From the NCBI GenBank assembly GCA_020891255.1, contig BQFW01000015.1, positions 372,001 to 436,000 on the forward strand: a stretch of DNA of 64,000 bases, in the 5' to 3' direction. Below, piece after piece: positions 1-13,287 of this stretch (position 1 is its first letter; each line of letters begins with the position of its first letter). The notes under the pieces are model-generated. The model had not been told where the DNA came from and ran no database searches. It worked only from the letters and a program-made list of their open reading frames with translations. The position numbers were made by a program, and so were the translations under genes. The stretch is from Entomortierella parvispora E1425. Taxonomy: Eukaryota > Fungi > Mortierellomycota.

Positions 1-358
1 GGTTGTCAATGGCGGTGATTATGGGGATCTTTGAGACGTTGCCGACATTACAACACAAGAGTTTAATCCAAGGAACGTTGACAAAGATCTTTGTCGACTG
101 AGAAGAAAGGAGTTGTCTTGATCTTTTTTTCTTGAACCCAATAAAGCTAGTCGACATCCACGCGTCGCGTCCAAGGTATCTCCAAGCCCAAGGGGAAAAA
201 AAAAAGAAAAAAAGTGACTGCTTCTTTGAAAGTAAACAGTGGTGTTTTTGAGTGCATGTTCATTCAGTTCATCCATTCACTCTGCTTCTTGTTCTCTACC
301 CACCATCCATTCCATCCATCTATCCTTCATCACCTTCCCAAGGACCATATAATACACC

Positions 359-1436
359 ATGAGACTGAAGCGATCGAAAGACTACAAGCGGTACATGAAC
401 ATGTACTGCCAAACATTTCATTTCCGCAAGCCATTCCAGGTTCTAGGTGAGACACTTGGACTTGCGCCACTGTACTTTGGAGCAATGACAACAGCAGGCT
501 TTGAAAGAAAGATTGACCCCTTTAACAAATGCCTTCCCTTCTTTGTTCCCCTTCTTCGTTCTCAGTGGATGCCGACTTTATCCAGGCCGCGTTGGATCAG
601 AGGATCGATCTCCGTACACAGATCCCCAAGGTCCTGTGCGATGCCTCCAAGCAAAGTAAGCAAAACTTTGAACATGAATCAAAGAGCATTGGCCCTGAAC
701 AGGCCCCTTCTCTTTCAGGACTAGAAAGACTGACCCCGTACCTTCTTTCTTATTCTCAATAGTGGTTTCGCCCTGTACCATGGCGCTGTTGAAATCTCGC
801 GGTGAGGACGCCTCGGGCGCGTTCCTGGCCTCGAAACGCTTTGAGAAACGTCGCTGCAAACATCAAACGGCCGTGGACGAGGCCATTTGTCTGGGCCAGA
901 TCATTGGAAACTCCAACCCTCACAACTATGTCGTCGCTTCCCAGTCCAAGAAGCTGCGTTCCCAATTCGGTCAGATCCCCGGTGTACCGCTGTTGTACAT
1001 CAACCGGTCCAATTTGATTCTGGAGCCCCCTTCAGACGCCAGTATGAACAAATCCAAATCGATCGAGACGGCCAAAACACATGCGTCGACCAGGGAGTTG
1101 CAGACTTTGAAGGCCGTCAAGGTCACAGGAGCAGGCAAGGTCTCGGTGGATACGGGCTTGGTGAAGAAACTGGAAAAGAAACAGGAATCCAAGAAGGAAA
1201 AGAGAGAGCTGTTGAAGGCCAAGATCTTGAAGAAGCGGATGGGTCCCAAGGAACCTAACCCGCTCTCGGTCAAGAAGAAGAAGGTCGTTGCTACCCCCAA
1301 ACCTGCACCCAAGGCTACACCAGCACCATCATCAACAGAAGGAGACGAGTCGACGGAAAAGAAGAAGACGAGGAGGAGTAAAAAGTCAAAGGCTGGAAAG
1401 GCGTCCACAGAAGCAGGCAACGAGTCGTCATCATGA
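359..1436 (+). CDS. UTP23: rRNA-processing PIN-domain protein Utp23 (SSU processome), 3 exons: 359-446, 566-655, 763-1436
   Basis: MRLKRSKDYKRYMNMYCQTFHFRKPFQVL|VDADF...RRCKH...NPHNYVVASQ...IPGVPLLYINRS..LEPPS and a Lys-rich tail with PKEPNPLSVKKKK. GT-AG introns 447-565 and 656-762 keep the frame (852 nt total). Confidence 0.93.
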
Positions 1437-3894
1437 GAGCTCTGTGCCTCTCCTAGACATAGTAATATACACGCATTCGAAAACACGTATGATCCTTCTT
1501 TCTGGAACGTTGTGGACATAGCATCCACTTTATTGCGCACAAACAACGCGTTTTGTTTTTATGTCTCTCCATTGCCTCTCAAGCGTTTCACAGCCTCTTG
1601 TGCATCTCATCTTTCGAGTCATGTTTTGCAGCTATCTTGAATCTTGTTTCTCGCCTTTTGTCATCGGTAAATGTTTTGCGAGACCTGGCAGCTCCCCTTC
1701 TATAATTTTTCCCATCATAGAGAGTGTCAAGTCAGAATGCCCATTTTCCCTGGCGTACTCCTGGCAATGACGAAGTTTGGCCTTCGGACATCGCCTCAGA
1801 ATTGCTTGTGGTGGTGGTTCGGATGTTGAGTCCACACGACATGGACCTATGGAAGTTTGCCGTCCAGGCATTTGATACCGTTCTTTTCGCAGTATGGTCA
1901 AATAAGAAAAGAGACGGCTTTGTCCAAGTTTTCGTTGTTCCACGTCGGGCAGTGTGAATGCAGTGTAATTGGCTCGAACGCGCGCCTTCATTTCGATCTG
2001 TGGCGTGGTGGTTCAGAAGACGATCGTGGTTCTGCCGATCCATTTTCTGGAGGAGGAAGGTCAAGAGGGGCTTTCCGACCCCACAGAGTATAGAAAAATA
2101 CCACTATCTTTGCTGAGTCGCGATGGTAGGTGGGGGTGCCGATATGCTGAAGCGCTAGACTGAGCCATGGATCGAGCAAGGTCGTGGTGGTCCAGATAAC
2201 CAGGGACTCCAGAGCCTCGCACAGCGAAATGACACGATTTGTCACTATGTCATAAAGAGTAGAGTAAAAAACGTTGAAGGTCGATCCCCCCTCATGCGAT
2301 AGATGAACCTGTGCAGAGCCACGCAAGCCAACAGTCACCGGTACCATCCTCACAGCCAGCAAAGGGTATGCGGTCTTTCGAGATACCAAAGTCAGTTATA
2401 TTGGGAGACGAACCCACTGATAGTTGGACATCAGTTCAAAGCAAAACAAAAAAAAAAAAAAACCCATCGACTCGACCCACACTGTAACTGCAATTATGAG
2501 GGCCCAGTCCGCATCCTTTCTTTCATCTCTACCCACTTCATTAGTATCTCCCATCGTCTGTGCTACACCCACCCTGTAATATATACAACGCCCCATGATT
2601 GATTCTTAACTACAAATGAGAATGGTGATAGAGAGGGTGATAGAGGGCTTATAACGCTCATACCATACCGATGGAAAAACCTCTATATTCCAACACACCA
2701 CTCGAGAACAACCAGTTCTCGAAAGGGATGCACTCCCTTGCGTCGACCTCGATAACGGGGCCATGTGGCCTCGGAATTGGTATCTATAGCTACACTTAGG
2801 CAAAGCCATCTTGACCAATTTCGACCTTCGATTCAAGGAGAATCCAATGGATATAGAAAAGAGCGTGGCAAAAGGAGTAAGTTCAATCACCCAAACACTG
2901 CCAGAGTGTGATAGGAATATATCCAAGCACCTACAATGGATGGAAATCCTTGCTTTGGACAGCAAGTGGTATTGTACACAGCTTTCAGAGTAGTAGGATC
3001 AGGAACTGGTATTCTGGGATGGCCAAGGATCTTTTCTCACTTGTCGAACGACCCGGCTGCCTCTTGTTATCTGACCTCAAGAGTTTCCAGAGGCCCCAAC
3101 CATGGAGTCTCGGCCTAAACCTCCCTCAAACACACCGACATCAAGAATGCATTTGGGCCTCAATCAGGAAGGATGAAACAACTCCATGCGCCGTGATAGC
3201 CGAAAATGACTACCGTCAGCATAAAAAATATGTTGTCAACCAGTCACTGTCGGTTTTGACGATCCAAGTCATTTCATGGTGCCCTACTCTTCAAGGTGGA
3301 AAAATGACAAGTATCATTGCATGATAAACAAGTCAACGACATGTTCCACCACCCTCACAGAAACACCCGCACCAGAAGTGCAGTCTGCAGAAGTCGTCCA
3401 ACAGTTCACTGAACACCAGCGTCAAAGTTGACATCCAGGCAATCCTCCACAGTTCAAACTTGATATCCATGCAATCCCCATAAAGTGCTTGGAATCACTC
3501 TGGAACACAATACACGACCAAATAAATCAACATGCTGACCTTCGCGTTGGTTTGCGATTTTTTTTTATTTATTGATAGATCTAGCTGACAGGGTGTTTGG
3601 ATGTCACTGTCGAAAAGAATGAGGATGCATGTCTCGTAGCGTGGTGGATGTCGAGGATGCGAACTGTTGATGATGATGATGATAGGTGGGTGGTTGGGTA
3701 TGTATAGTACAAGAAAGCGGATGTGAAGCATGCAGGACAAAAAACGGGAAAAACAGAGAGACAAAAACAACAGAAATAGACAACGAAACAAAAAAGTGAA
3801 CGCCATTGGAGACAACAAAGAAGCGCCAAAGGAAGAGTGCGTGGAACTGGATGCAAAGAAAAGAAAGAGCCGAGTCGGACCGCGATTTCTTTAT

Positions 3895-6800
3895 CTAGGC
3901 AGTTTGGGTGCCAATGTAATGCCAGAATCCACGATTGCCTCGAGCATAGTCGTAAACGCTGACAATATTCCGTGTCATGGATTGCAGACCCCAAAGACCA
4001 ACACGCTTCAACTTTCTGTTTCGTTCCCGCTCGTCAGCAACAAGGTTCGCCCATGCCTTTCCAACCTCGGTCGAGAGATTGTTCATCAAGTTGGAGTCGT
4101 AGATTGTCCATGAGCCATCAAATTCAGACTAGAGAAAGAAACGTGTAAAAGTGGGTTAGGTAAATGACCGTAGGATCGTAAATCTCAAGAATCAAAAAGG
4201 GATCACAATGCAAAGCACTTACCAGATCCATCTCAAGTCGGCAACGGATAGGAGTGACTGTACGATTGCTGTTCATGAACGCAACAATAGGTCGGACCAT
4301 GGCATTGGAGAGATAAGACATGCTCTCAGTCTGCAATGGGATCGAAGCCTTCGTGTCATTGAACCGGAATTCAAAGTCCATGACCAGAGCCGGCTTCTTT
4401 GACTTTGTCTTGGGCGGGTGTACCTTCGCCATGTGAGCTTGGTGTTGTTGTTGCTGCGCTGCAGTCGGGTATTGGGAGAGCTGCTGCTGCTGCTGCTGCT
4501 GTTGCTGATGGTACATTTGTTGGACTTGCTGGTGGTACTGTTGGCTCTGATGTTGACCGTGGTTCATCTGCCGTAACCGGTGATGCTCCTCCGCTGGAGT
4601 CATTCTCTGAGCCCGAGCCTGCAGAGCCAGTAACCGCTGCTCTTCTTCCTCTTCCTCCTTCATCTTCTGATGCAGAGCTGCAGCTGCTCGGTTAGGGTAC
4701 ACAACAATCTCCTTGCCGCCGATCGTTCCAGTACCAAAGACAATAGGCAGAGGAGCGAAGTCCACAACCTCGTCAATCTTGTCCACAATATCGTTGACAA
4801 GCTTGCGCAACACATCCTCCTCAGGTTCATTGGGGATTCGGACGTCGCACGTCACATCCACAGTACCGGCATAGATCCATCCGAAAGGTCCCTCCACGCC
4901 GGCATTCAGATGATCAATCTTGACATCATCAATCTTGAAGCGCGTGGTCCTCTTCCACTTTGTATCCGACTGACTGTCTGTGTTCTCCCTTTGAGCCGTG
5001 TAACAACTAAAGAGACAACCGTCAAACATGCCAACCATTGAATCTGCGCAGAGCATATCGTAGCAGATCCATTGTTTCCGGAAGCAGGGGAACTGGGCAT
5101 TAAAGATGGAGACCGTGTATGGACGGAATCCATCCGGTTGAAGGACTGTCACGAGCATGTCATCCAACTCCAGGGACTCGAGCTCAAAGTCGCCTGGCAC
5201 ATGCTTTCTTCTGGCTTCTTCAGGAATGTACTCCACATCAGGATCCCACCAAACATGTGTTCGATCTAGTTGTATCAGACAAAAAAAAAAGGGGTGAGTT
5301 TTGAGCAATTGAGTAAAATATATAAAAGCGACTTTTCATAAATCCACTTTACCAATGACTCCACGAACTCCCTTGATGGACGCATCCTCAATAAGTCCCT
5401 TGCCATCCAACCATCGCCTTGCTGAAAGTGTAACATCGATTTCATCAATAGTAAGGTCAAACATGGTAAAATTGGTGTCAATCTCCTCTTGAGACGGATG
5501 GTCGCCCTCGCCGTCGTGCTCGTGGCCATGACCAGAGTGATCCTCTCCCTTATGGCTGAGAAGATGCTGAGCGTCACTTGGCTCTTCGGCACGTTTGGAC
5601 ATGACAACGTTCCTGAGGGTGATCCGTCCATCCTTCCAGTTGGGTACGATGGCAGCCTCGAATTTGACCTTGACGCCAGTTGATGCCGTCAGATAATCGC
5701 TGATCTTGGACGCAACAAACCCTGGAAGAGGAAGACACCGTTGGCAATGTTAGTCTCGTGACAACACACAGACCACCCAAAAGGCAGTCACCCGAAGGGC
5801 GATGAACGCATTTTGACACAACAGGAATGCTTAATTGGTGTTTTGTGTTTGGGCTTATTTTTTTTTTCTTTGCTTACCTTGGAACTGCAAACTGTTGGCC
5901 GTTGCAAGCACCAGACTGAAGAATGTCGTCGTGCCCAGCAATACGAAGGCTACATTGGCAATGAAGGCCCAAGAGAACATGGCAATAAAGTCATCCACGC
6001 GCCAAGGTCGAATTTGTCTCATCAACAGCAGCTTCAGTCGGATTCGAAGGCGAGCCATAAAGTTGGGAGCGGCCGACAGCAGTTTGGCTCGTCCGACTCT
6101 GTCCAAAGGGCCAATCGGAGGTGTATACTTGACCAACGCACTCTGTGAGGACGCCGAGCTGCTGGAGCGACCAGTCTCGGTGGCAAACGTCCTTTTGGAC
6201 ACTTGCGAACGGACCCCACTCGGTGCGAGTTTTGTGCGAGTCAATGTAGAAGCAAACACCCGTTTAGCTTGCACTGAATCCTGTACATGACGACTCTGAG
6301 ACGAACCACTTGCCAAAGACGATGCTTCCTGCCGGGTTGTGGTATGCAGAGAACGACGGAACTGTTGGAGATGAGGCTGCAGAGATTCGCCAAGGAGAAA
6401 GTTTTGACTATCCTGAGCAGGTCCGGTCTGGAGGTTGGTCCTTGGCTGAGGTTTGGAGAGAATCTGGGCAGTGCCCTTGACCATGCGTTTGCTGAGGTCA
6501 TTCATGATTGTGTGTACGCCTCTCGCCCGAGGAGCTGAGCAAGCAAACGAGTTGGAGACAAGACCTGCACCCGTCCGATTCATGATGACTTGCTGTGTTG
6601 TCTGGTTGACAGCCACAGCTGCTTCACCTCCATAGAGTCCTCCATTGTTGTAAACCCAGAGTCCTGGGGCCAGTCTGCACAAGAGTTGTTTGGATGTTGT
6701 GGTCCGTCCACCTCCTGTTATTGACGAAAAAAGTCGAGAGGCTCTACTGGAGATAATAAAGCATAGAAGGAGGTTAGGCGACCGTTAAAGACGAAGCAAT

Positions 6801-6985
6801 CGTTAGCAGTGATCCAGGCAAGCGAATGGGGTAATGTCTTACCTGCGATGACCAGACAAGGCGCTGGCGCTGTTAACAAGGATGAATCGCGTACGATGCA
6901 CGGACGCGACATGGTTGCTGGCCAGCGTCCTAGTCAGGATCAGTCCGCGCATGGGTCCTCTCTGGGCCAGACAGGTGGCCTGCAT
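3895..6985 (-). CDS. MDM31: Mitochondrial distribution and morphology protein Mdm31/Mdm32 family, multi-exon
   Basis: Presequence-like exon MQATCLAQRGPMRGLILTRTLAS (ATG 6985). Family motifs RQIRPWRVDDFIAMFSW..LGTTTFFSLVL, FTMFDLTIDEIDVTLSARRWLDGKGLIEDASIKGVRG, GDFELESLELDD, and C-terminal KRVGLWGLQ ending at TAG 3895. Confidence 0.92.
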
Positions 6986-7681
6986 GGCGATCGGTTATGG
7001 ATTCAAAATTTCTGAGGAGAGGGATGTCAGGAAAGAGAAAGGGAGAAGAACGGGAGATGCAGCTTTGACCAAGGCCACGATGAAGAGTGTCGGATCAGCA
7101 GCGAGGGCACTCCTTTTTTTTTTTTTGTTTGTTGCTTGGTCGACGTGGTCGTCTGGGTCCTGGAGACGAGGGAGTCGGAATCAAGCAGCAGGGGAGGAGG
7201 AGAAGGATGGCGAGTGATCGGGGGTTGAATGAATGAACAAAGGAAACAAAAAGGAGCAAACGAACAAAGGGAAAGGAGGGGAAAAGGGAAAGCGAAGGCG
7301 GATGTTTGTCGGGAGACCAAATCCGATGATGCGATGGCTTCTGAGTGTGTGTGTTTTCTGCGGGTGTCTTTCTGTCTGTCTGTCTGTCTGAGTGTCGATT
7401 GGGCGAGGAGCGATCGAAGGAAAGAAAAAAAAAAAAAAAACGAAAATGCCCTTTCTCAGCCCGTGGCTTTGGTGAGGGACAGTCACTCTTTCTTCATGAC
7501 ATGATGGCGCGTGTGAGTGTGGAGGTGTGGAGAGAGAACGGACCTGTCTGTCTTTGGAGCAATCGACCTTCATCATCAGCAACACGGACCCAGGAGAAAC
7601 AAAGCAAGGACCCACTGGACAAGGACACACTGACTGGCCTTGAATTCCCTTCATCATCATCTCTTTTTCGAGACCATGACC

Positions 7682-9602
7682 ATGGCCACCGTCATCTCTG
7701 ACCTCGACTCTTACACAGGTACAGTCGCAATGGACAATGCATAGGAGCCCTATTTGGTGTTTCCAATGACTTCAGGACAAATATAGATGGAACTCGGACC
7801 TGACAAAAGCCCCACCTCTCGTCTCTCGTTCTCCTCGCAGACTATGACTCGTTCTTGGTCGACAAGTTTGACCCAAACACCCATGCAAACTCCATCATTC
7901 ATCAGTCTGCAAAAGGTGACTTGGATATTGCAACATCTCTGTCCAGTCTATCCTTTAGTATCGACAGCCTCAACAAGCAGCTGCATGAACAGGTAAAGCC
8001 GGAGTAAAATGGCGGCGTTTCCCTTTTCATTTGGTCGCCAGGACTGACTCTTCAACTATGTCCTTTCTAGGTCACAACCCATTACAATGATCTCCTAAGC
8101 CAAGCAGCAGGGATTCGGGAACTGGAGGCTGTCCTAGGAACCGTCAAACTCGGCCTCAAAACACTCAGCGCCTCAATGGAACGCCTTTCTTTTAAAATCA
8201 AAACCCCATTTGAACAAATCCAGACATATACCATTCAACTAGAGAGACTCCAGGTCGTTTCCGAGATGTTGCGGCGAGTTTTGCGGTTCCTTTACCTAAG
8301 CAAACGTCTGGAAATGCAAATGCCCGGTGGAGACCTCGAGTTGACAAAGGCAGCGTTGACTTTGAGCGAAGTCGGTTAGTCACCTTGCTTTGGATTCAGC
8401 AGCCTTCGTTATGATATGGTCGTGCAATGCCTCTGACATTTGACGTTTAATAGATGCCTTGCTTCAGGAATCAGACTTGACCGGAATCCATGTTGTGGAT
8501 CGGGAGGTCAAGAACCTGGAGTCTGTTCGGGAAAGGATCATTGACTCGGCAGACAGGATGTTACAAGACGGCATCACCGCGCAGAATCAGGCTCAGGTTG
8601 GGTCAGCCCTTCAAGTCTTTTACTCGCTCAAAGGAATGAATATCAAGGTCATGGCAATCACGTCCAGCCTGTCCAGTAGTTTACATGCACAGATCAAGCA
8701 GGCTGTTGACATTCAATCTATTCAGCGGGAGGCCAAGGGTATGACGGATGTAAAGGAAGAGTTTAGAGGAAACTTGTTTTCAGAAGCTGACTATTTAAAC
8801 CCGTGCACCTCTTTTAGAATCAGGGATGAATGCCTCCGGGTTCGTAGGCGGGGGAGTACGAAGGAACAACGGAGAGCCAAGCGTAGGAGCTTCAGGATTG
8901 TGGACATCCATTCTCTGGAAGAGGATGGAGCGCCTTATCGATGAGATGTATAATGGCTGTGTCAAGGTACTGAGATGAAGGGTCGTGTGACCTGTAGCAT
9001 GGTTTGGTCAGAGAGTGCTGACACGAGCAACATTCCTTTCAAAACTTTTTTAGATTTACTTGCTGGAACGAGTACTTGCACGAAAGAGAGATCCATTGAC
9101 TCAGATTTCGTTTCTGGAGATTGTGTCAAACAATATGGACGGCAACATGGTTCATCGGTTTTGGCAGTCGCTGTCAGCACATCTGGAACAAGAATTGAAG
9201 AACTCTGCTCGGTGTAAGAGACTTGACACGGAACTAAACTCAACTGCCAAGTCATCCTGTTCACGATAGAAATTAACCCTCCTCTCCTCGACTGTAGCTT
9301 CCCAATTCTTGCACCATACATTCGTTGAAGGGTTCCCTCGCTTACTGAACTTGTTGCACGAGTTCTTTTCAAGGGTGTCTGTCTACAGCGCCAACACAGC
9401 ATCAGAGGACGTACAGAGGTACGTTTCTAAAATTAAGGAGAAAGGCCGTAGTTCGAGCTTGCATCGGTTTCTGACCAATTTTTTTTTTATATATATTATT
9501 GTGGCCGATTTTAGCCCGGAGGTTGTATTGATGTTGCGAGCCATTGCGTCGTTTGAGAGTGCATACAAAGCCAGGACAGTCCAGCGAAGCGCACAGCATT
9601 AG
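7682..9602 (+). CDS. COG5: Conserved oligomeric Golgi complex subunit 5, 8 exons, ~431 aa
   Basis: Exons 7682-7718, 7841-7992, 8071-8374, 8454-8738, 8818-8966, 9054-9213, 9298-9418, 9515-9602 splice in frame. Motifs FDPNTHANSII, VTTHYNDLLSQA, QNQAQVGSALQVFYSL, LLERVLARKRDPLT, FVEGFPRLL. Confidence 0.88.
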
Positions 9603-10478
9603 GCGGTTGAGCCAACCGAGCGACGGCAGCCATCCGTCCCCGGTGGGGATAAATAAAGCCAATAGAGATTGAGTCATCCCACGCCGCGCGCCCCACTTTG
9701 AGGAAGGATGAAACGACAGGGAGCAGCGACGGGCAAGGAATGAGTGAACAAACAACACAACAGCCTAGCAGAACAGGGGACGTTACCGGGAGTGGGCTCG
9801 AAATCGGCCGCCCGCCCCCCTGACCAGAGTCCCAATTGTCCAATTGTCCAACTGCTCTCCTGTGCGTTCTGATTGGAAAGGCAGGAAAGAAAAAAAAGAC
9901 AAAAAAAAAAAAGCGCGCAAATTTCAAACGAAATTGACACAGGGCGGCAAAACCCCCTTCCTTGGCCTCTGAGTGGGCTATGGGTCTTGGGTCCACTCAA
10001 CCCACCCAAGCCGAAGGAGAGATTCGACTCGATGCGGAAAAAAGTGTCCATCGGTTGGGTTCATTCCTTTTGTTTTGTTCTCTTCCTTCCCTCCTTCTTT
10101 CTTCCTCCCTTCGTTCCCTTGACCAGTTCATCCGCTCTTGTCTCTTCTCTCTTCTCTTCTGTCCCATTCATTTCATTGCACCCGCTTTCCCGCTTCTCCA
10201 GATCGCACTGGTCTCGGCCTCTTTTGTTTTTCTCTTTCCGACTGCCTGCCTGTCTCCCTGACCTGCGTTCTCTGCGTACTCTGCTCCGGACAAGGTCGCT
10301 CGCTCCACCCTTTATCCGAGAAAACCCCCTGTCCCGAAAGGATCGCCTTTGCCAAAGGGTCCAACGTTGTTCCTTTGACCTTATATTTCCCTCATTGATC
10401 TTGGATCTTATTCCGTCCAAAGTAGACACCCACTCCACCTCTCCGCTCTCTTTTTCTTTTTTCTTCTTCTCTTTCATA

Positions 10479-12670
10479 ATGGCCTCCATCCACGACCTTT
10501 GCAACCCTGAAGCAGAAGAAGCCCCTCAGCAACAACGCCCAGACTATCGCTCTTCGCAAGATCACCATCGTCCTGAGCCCCAGTCACCTCCCATGCATCC
10601 CCACTACGGAGGTCCTCCTCCCCCACCCCATGGCAGACCCTACGGAGACTATCCTGAGCCTCCACCCCACCCTTCCTCTCGTCCACACTCCTCTTCGTCC
10701 TCATCTTCGCGCCCACATCCATACGATCGGCATGCTGCTCAGCATCGCTCTGGCGGCCCTCCTCCCCATCCTGCCTATTACCCGCCTTATCCACCACCAC
10801 CTCATCATTATGATCATCCATACGATCCCCGCTCTGTGCCTCCTCCACCCCATGGTCCGCCTTACCCTCCTTATCCCCCACCTCCACCTGCCCATATGGT
10901 AGAGAGAGATCACAGGGACAGAGCAAGACATGGTGCTGGAGCGCCAGCGCCTCACCCTTCTTCCTCTAGCCACGGCCGTCATGGGTCACACGACTACGAA
11001 CATGGGCCTTATCCACCACCCCCCCATCATCACCATCATCCATATGGTGGCAGCAGTGCCAGTGGCAAGTCCTCCTCATCCAAGAGCCAACCTTCTGCCG
11101 GTGCGTCGGCTTCAAGTTCTCATGCCCCATCCACTGCCCACTCATCATCACACTCGTCATCGTCCAGAAAAATATCGTCAGCTGGATTGCAGCCGCAGTC
11201 GCAGTCAGATCATCATCACCACGCTCCACCTCATTCCAGCCATCCTGATCCCGCCTCAGCTGTGGATGAACATCGCCGGACGGCCCCAATGGCACCGTCT
11301 GCTGCTTCTCTGGCGAATATCCCTGATGATCAAAGGTAAGCAACAAAGAATGAAGATGACGGAAGGAGGGAGCAGCTAGATGGACTCTATTTGCTCCCTA
11401 TTTTTTTTCCTTCTTTGGGAAAAGCCAGTGCATTAACGTTAATATCTTTGTTTTTTTAATGCCGCATTCTAGACCAGCAAAGATCAAGATTGTGCAACAG
11501 CCCTTGCATGCACGCATGTGCGGATTTGGAGAAAAGGACCGTCGACCAGTGGATCCCCCACCTATTGTGCAACTGCTCTTGGATGAAAACCATTCCCAAC
11601 ATCCCGCCAAGCGCCTCTTGGCCCAACAGCAGCAGCAGCAGCAGCAACAGAACCGATCGGATGCTGCTGCCGCCGCAGCTCTTTCTCAAAATCATGGCTC
11701 GACTCAGCATCGGGACGAAGGCGATGCATCTCTGGACAAGGAGAATGAGGATGAAGATGGCAAACAAAAGAAGCGTCAACTGCCCGAGAGGTCGACCCGT
11801 GCACGATCTGGATCGTTGAAACAGGAGGGTGAATCTTCTCCTAGTCTTGGAAAGCGAAGCCGGTCTTCTTTCGCCAAGAATGAGGGCGAAAACGACGACG
11901 ACAGTGACGCTCATCATTCGAGTGATGATGAGGATGACAAGGACGATGGCGAGGGCACCCATGGTGGATTGGGCCAAGGTCTTCAAGAACAAGACCCTCT
12001 GTTTGTGCTTCATGTCTCACTCTGGTCCCAGGACGGAACCGAGGTCCGGAATATGATTGCCACCCCAGGACAGTCAGAGCCCCCCAAATTGACACGCATC
12101 CTCATGGGATCCTTGGTCGTGTCACCTATCCTGCTGAACAACGCAGAGGGCGTGCCCGGATGGTACTTTAGTTTCCCAGACTTGAGCATCCGAACGGAAG
12201 GTGTTTACACGCTCAAGTTTTCGTTGATGCGTTTCGGAAGGTACATTGCCGATTTCTTTCTTGTTGCTACTAACGACTTTTTTGAATTCATTGCGCAAAG
12301 GATTGCTGGATGCTAACATGGTATTGTCTTTCTCCCCCTCCCACAATCTTGTGTAAAATAGCTTTGACTTCTTGAACAATGACGACGGACATGCCTCGAC
12401 CCTGGTGGCCGAGGAGATCAGTCAACCCTTCACTGTCTTTTCAGCAAAGAAGTTCCCAGGAATGACAGGTAACAAACAACTGCATGTCATGTTCTACCGT
12501 TCTTTATTCTTTTTTCCCCTTGTTTTTTTAGCAAAACGATCCTCATCGAAAACTTGTTTTTTGTCTGTGCAACATTAGAATCCACTGACTTGTCCAAGGC
12601 ATTTGCAAAGCAAGGACTCAAGATCCCTATTCGCAATGATCTCCGTGCTCGCAAGGCCGATCGTGATTAA
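10479..12670 (+). CDS. Velvet-domain transcription factor with His/Pro-rich N-terminus
   Basis: IVQQPLHARMCGFGEKDRRPVDPPPIVQL, GWYFSFPDLSIRTEGVYTLKFSL, SQPFTVFSAKKFPGMT|ESTDLSKAFAKQGLKIPIRN are velvet hallmarks. Introns near 11337, 12241 and 12469; stop TAA 12668-12670. Confidence 0.92.
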
Positions 12671-13287
12671 GACCCAAATTGATATGTTCCGCATGTGCTA
12701 TGGACACTTGACAAGAGAAGGTACTCCTCGACTAAAGAACATAGCGAGAAATAAACTAAACATTCATCGACAGAGCAAAGAAGGGGATAGAAGTACTGGT
12801 CCCACTCAAATCAGGCGTCAAGAGAAGAAATAGGGCAGCATCACCGTGTCTCGTCAGAAGTAAAAATCAAACTCACCACCGCTCGCAATCGCCCACCTCA
12901 GTCATTCCTTGCCCATTTCTTGCCCATTCCCTGCCTCGATTCCCCATCTCCGTCCTTCATTCTCGCATCGCCGTCATGCGGGGTGAGGACACTGCACCCA
13001 CAATAACCGTACGCAAGAAGAGCCGAAGGCAAAGCACGAGGCGAAGTAAATCGACCAGCCATGTCGCACAAGTCTCTCTTCTGCCTACAGCCGAACAAAA
13101 AGGCTCTTGTCCTTTCACCTCTGTCCACAACACTTCCCCTCTCCTCCTCCCCCGCAATCCCAGTCCTGCTGTTTACACTGATTTTCTCATCGCAGCCTTG
13201 AAGGTACTGTCTCCTGCAGTTGCAGATTGCATGACTCCAGGCCTGGGAACTGTATCTAATCCATAATGGCGGTACACTAGGTTAAGC

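Noticed and set aside
3-101. Plus-strand frame LSMAVIMGIFETLPTLQHKSLIQGTLTKIFVD* as the end of an upstream gene
   Set aside because: Too short, with no recognisable motif, to call.
9566-9632. Minus-strand MAAVARLAQPPNAVRFAGLSWL followed by GTATGC, read as the first exon of a broken gene marking a misassembly
   Set aside because: It overlaps the last COG5 exon, which reads plausibly to a stop with a downstream AATAAA. No second exon was found, so it is probably coincidental.
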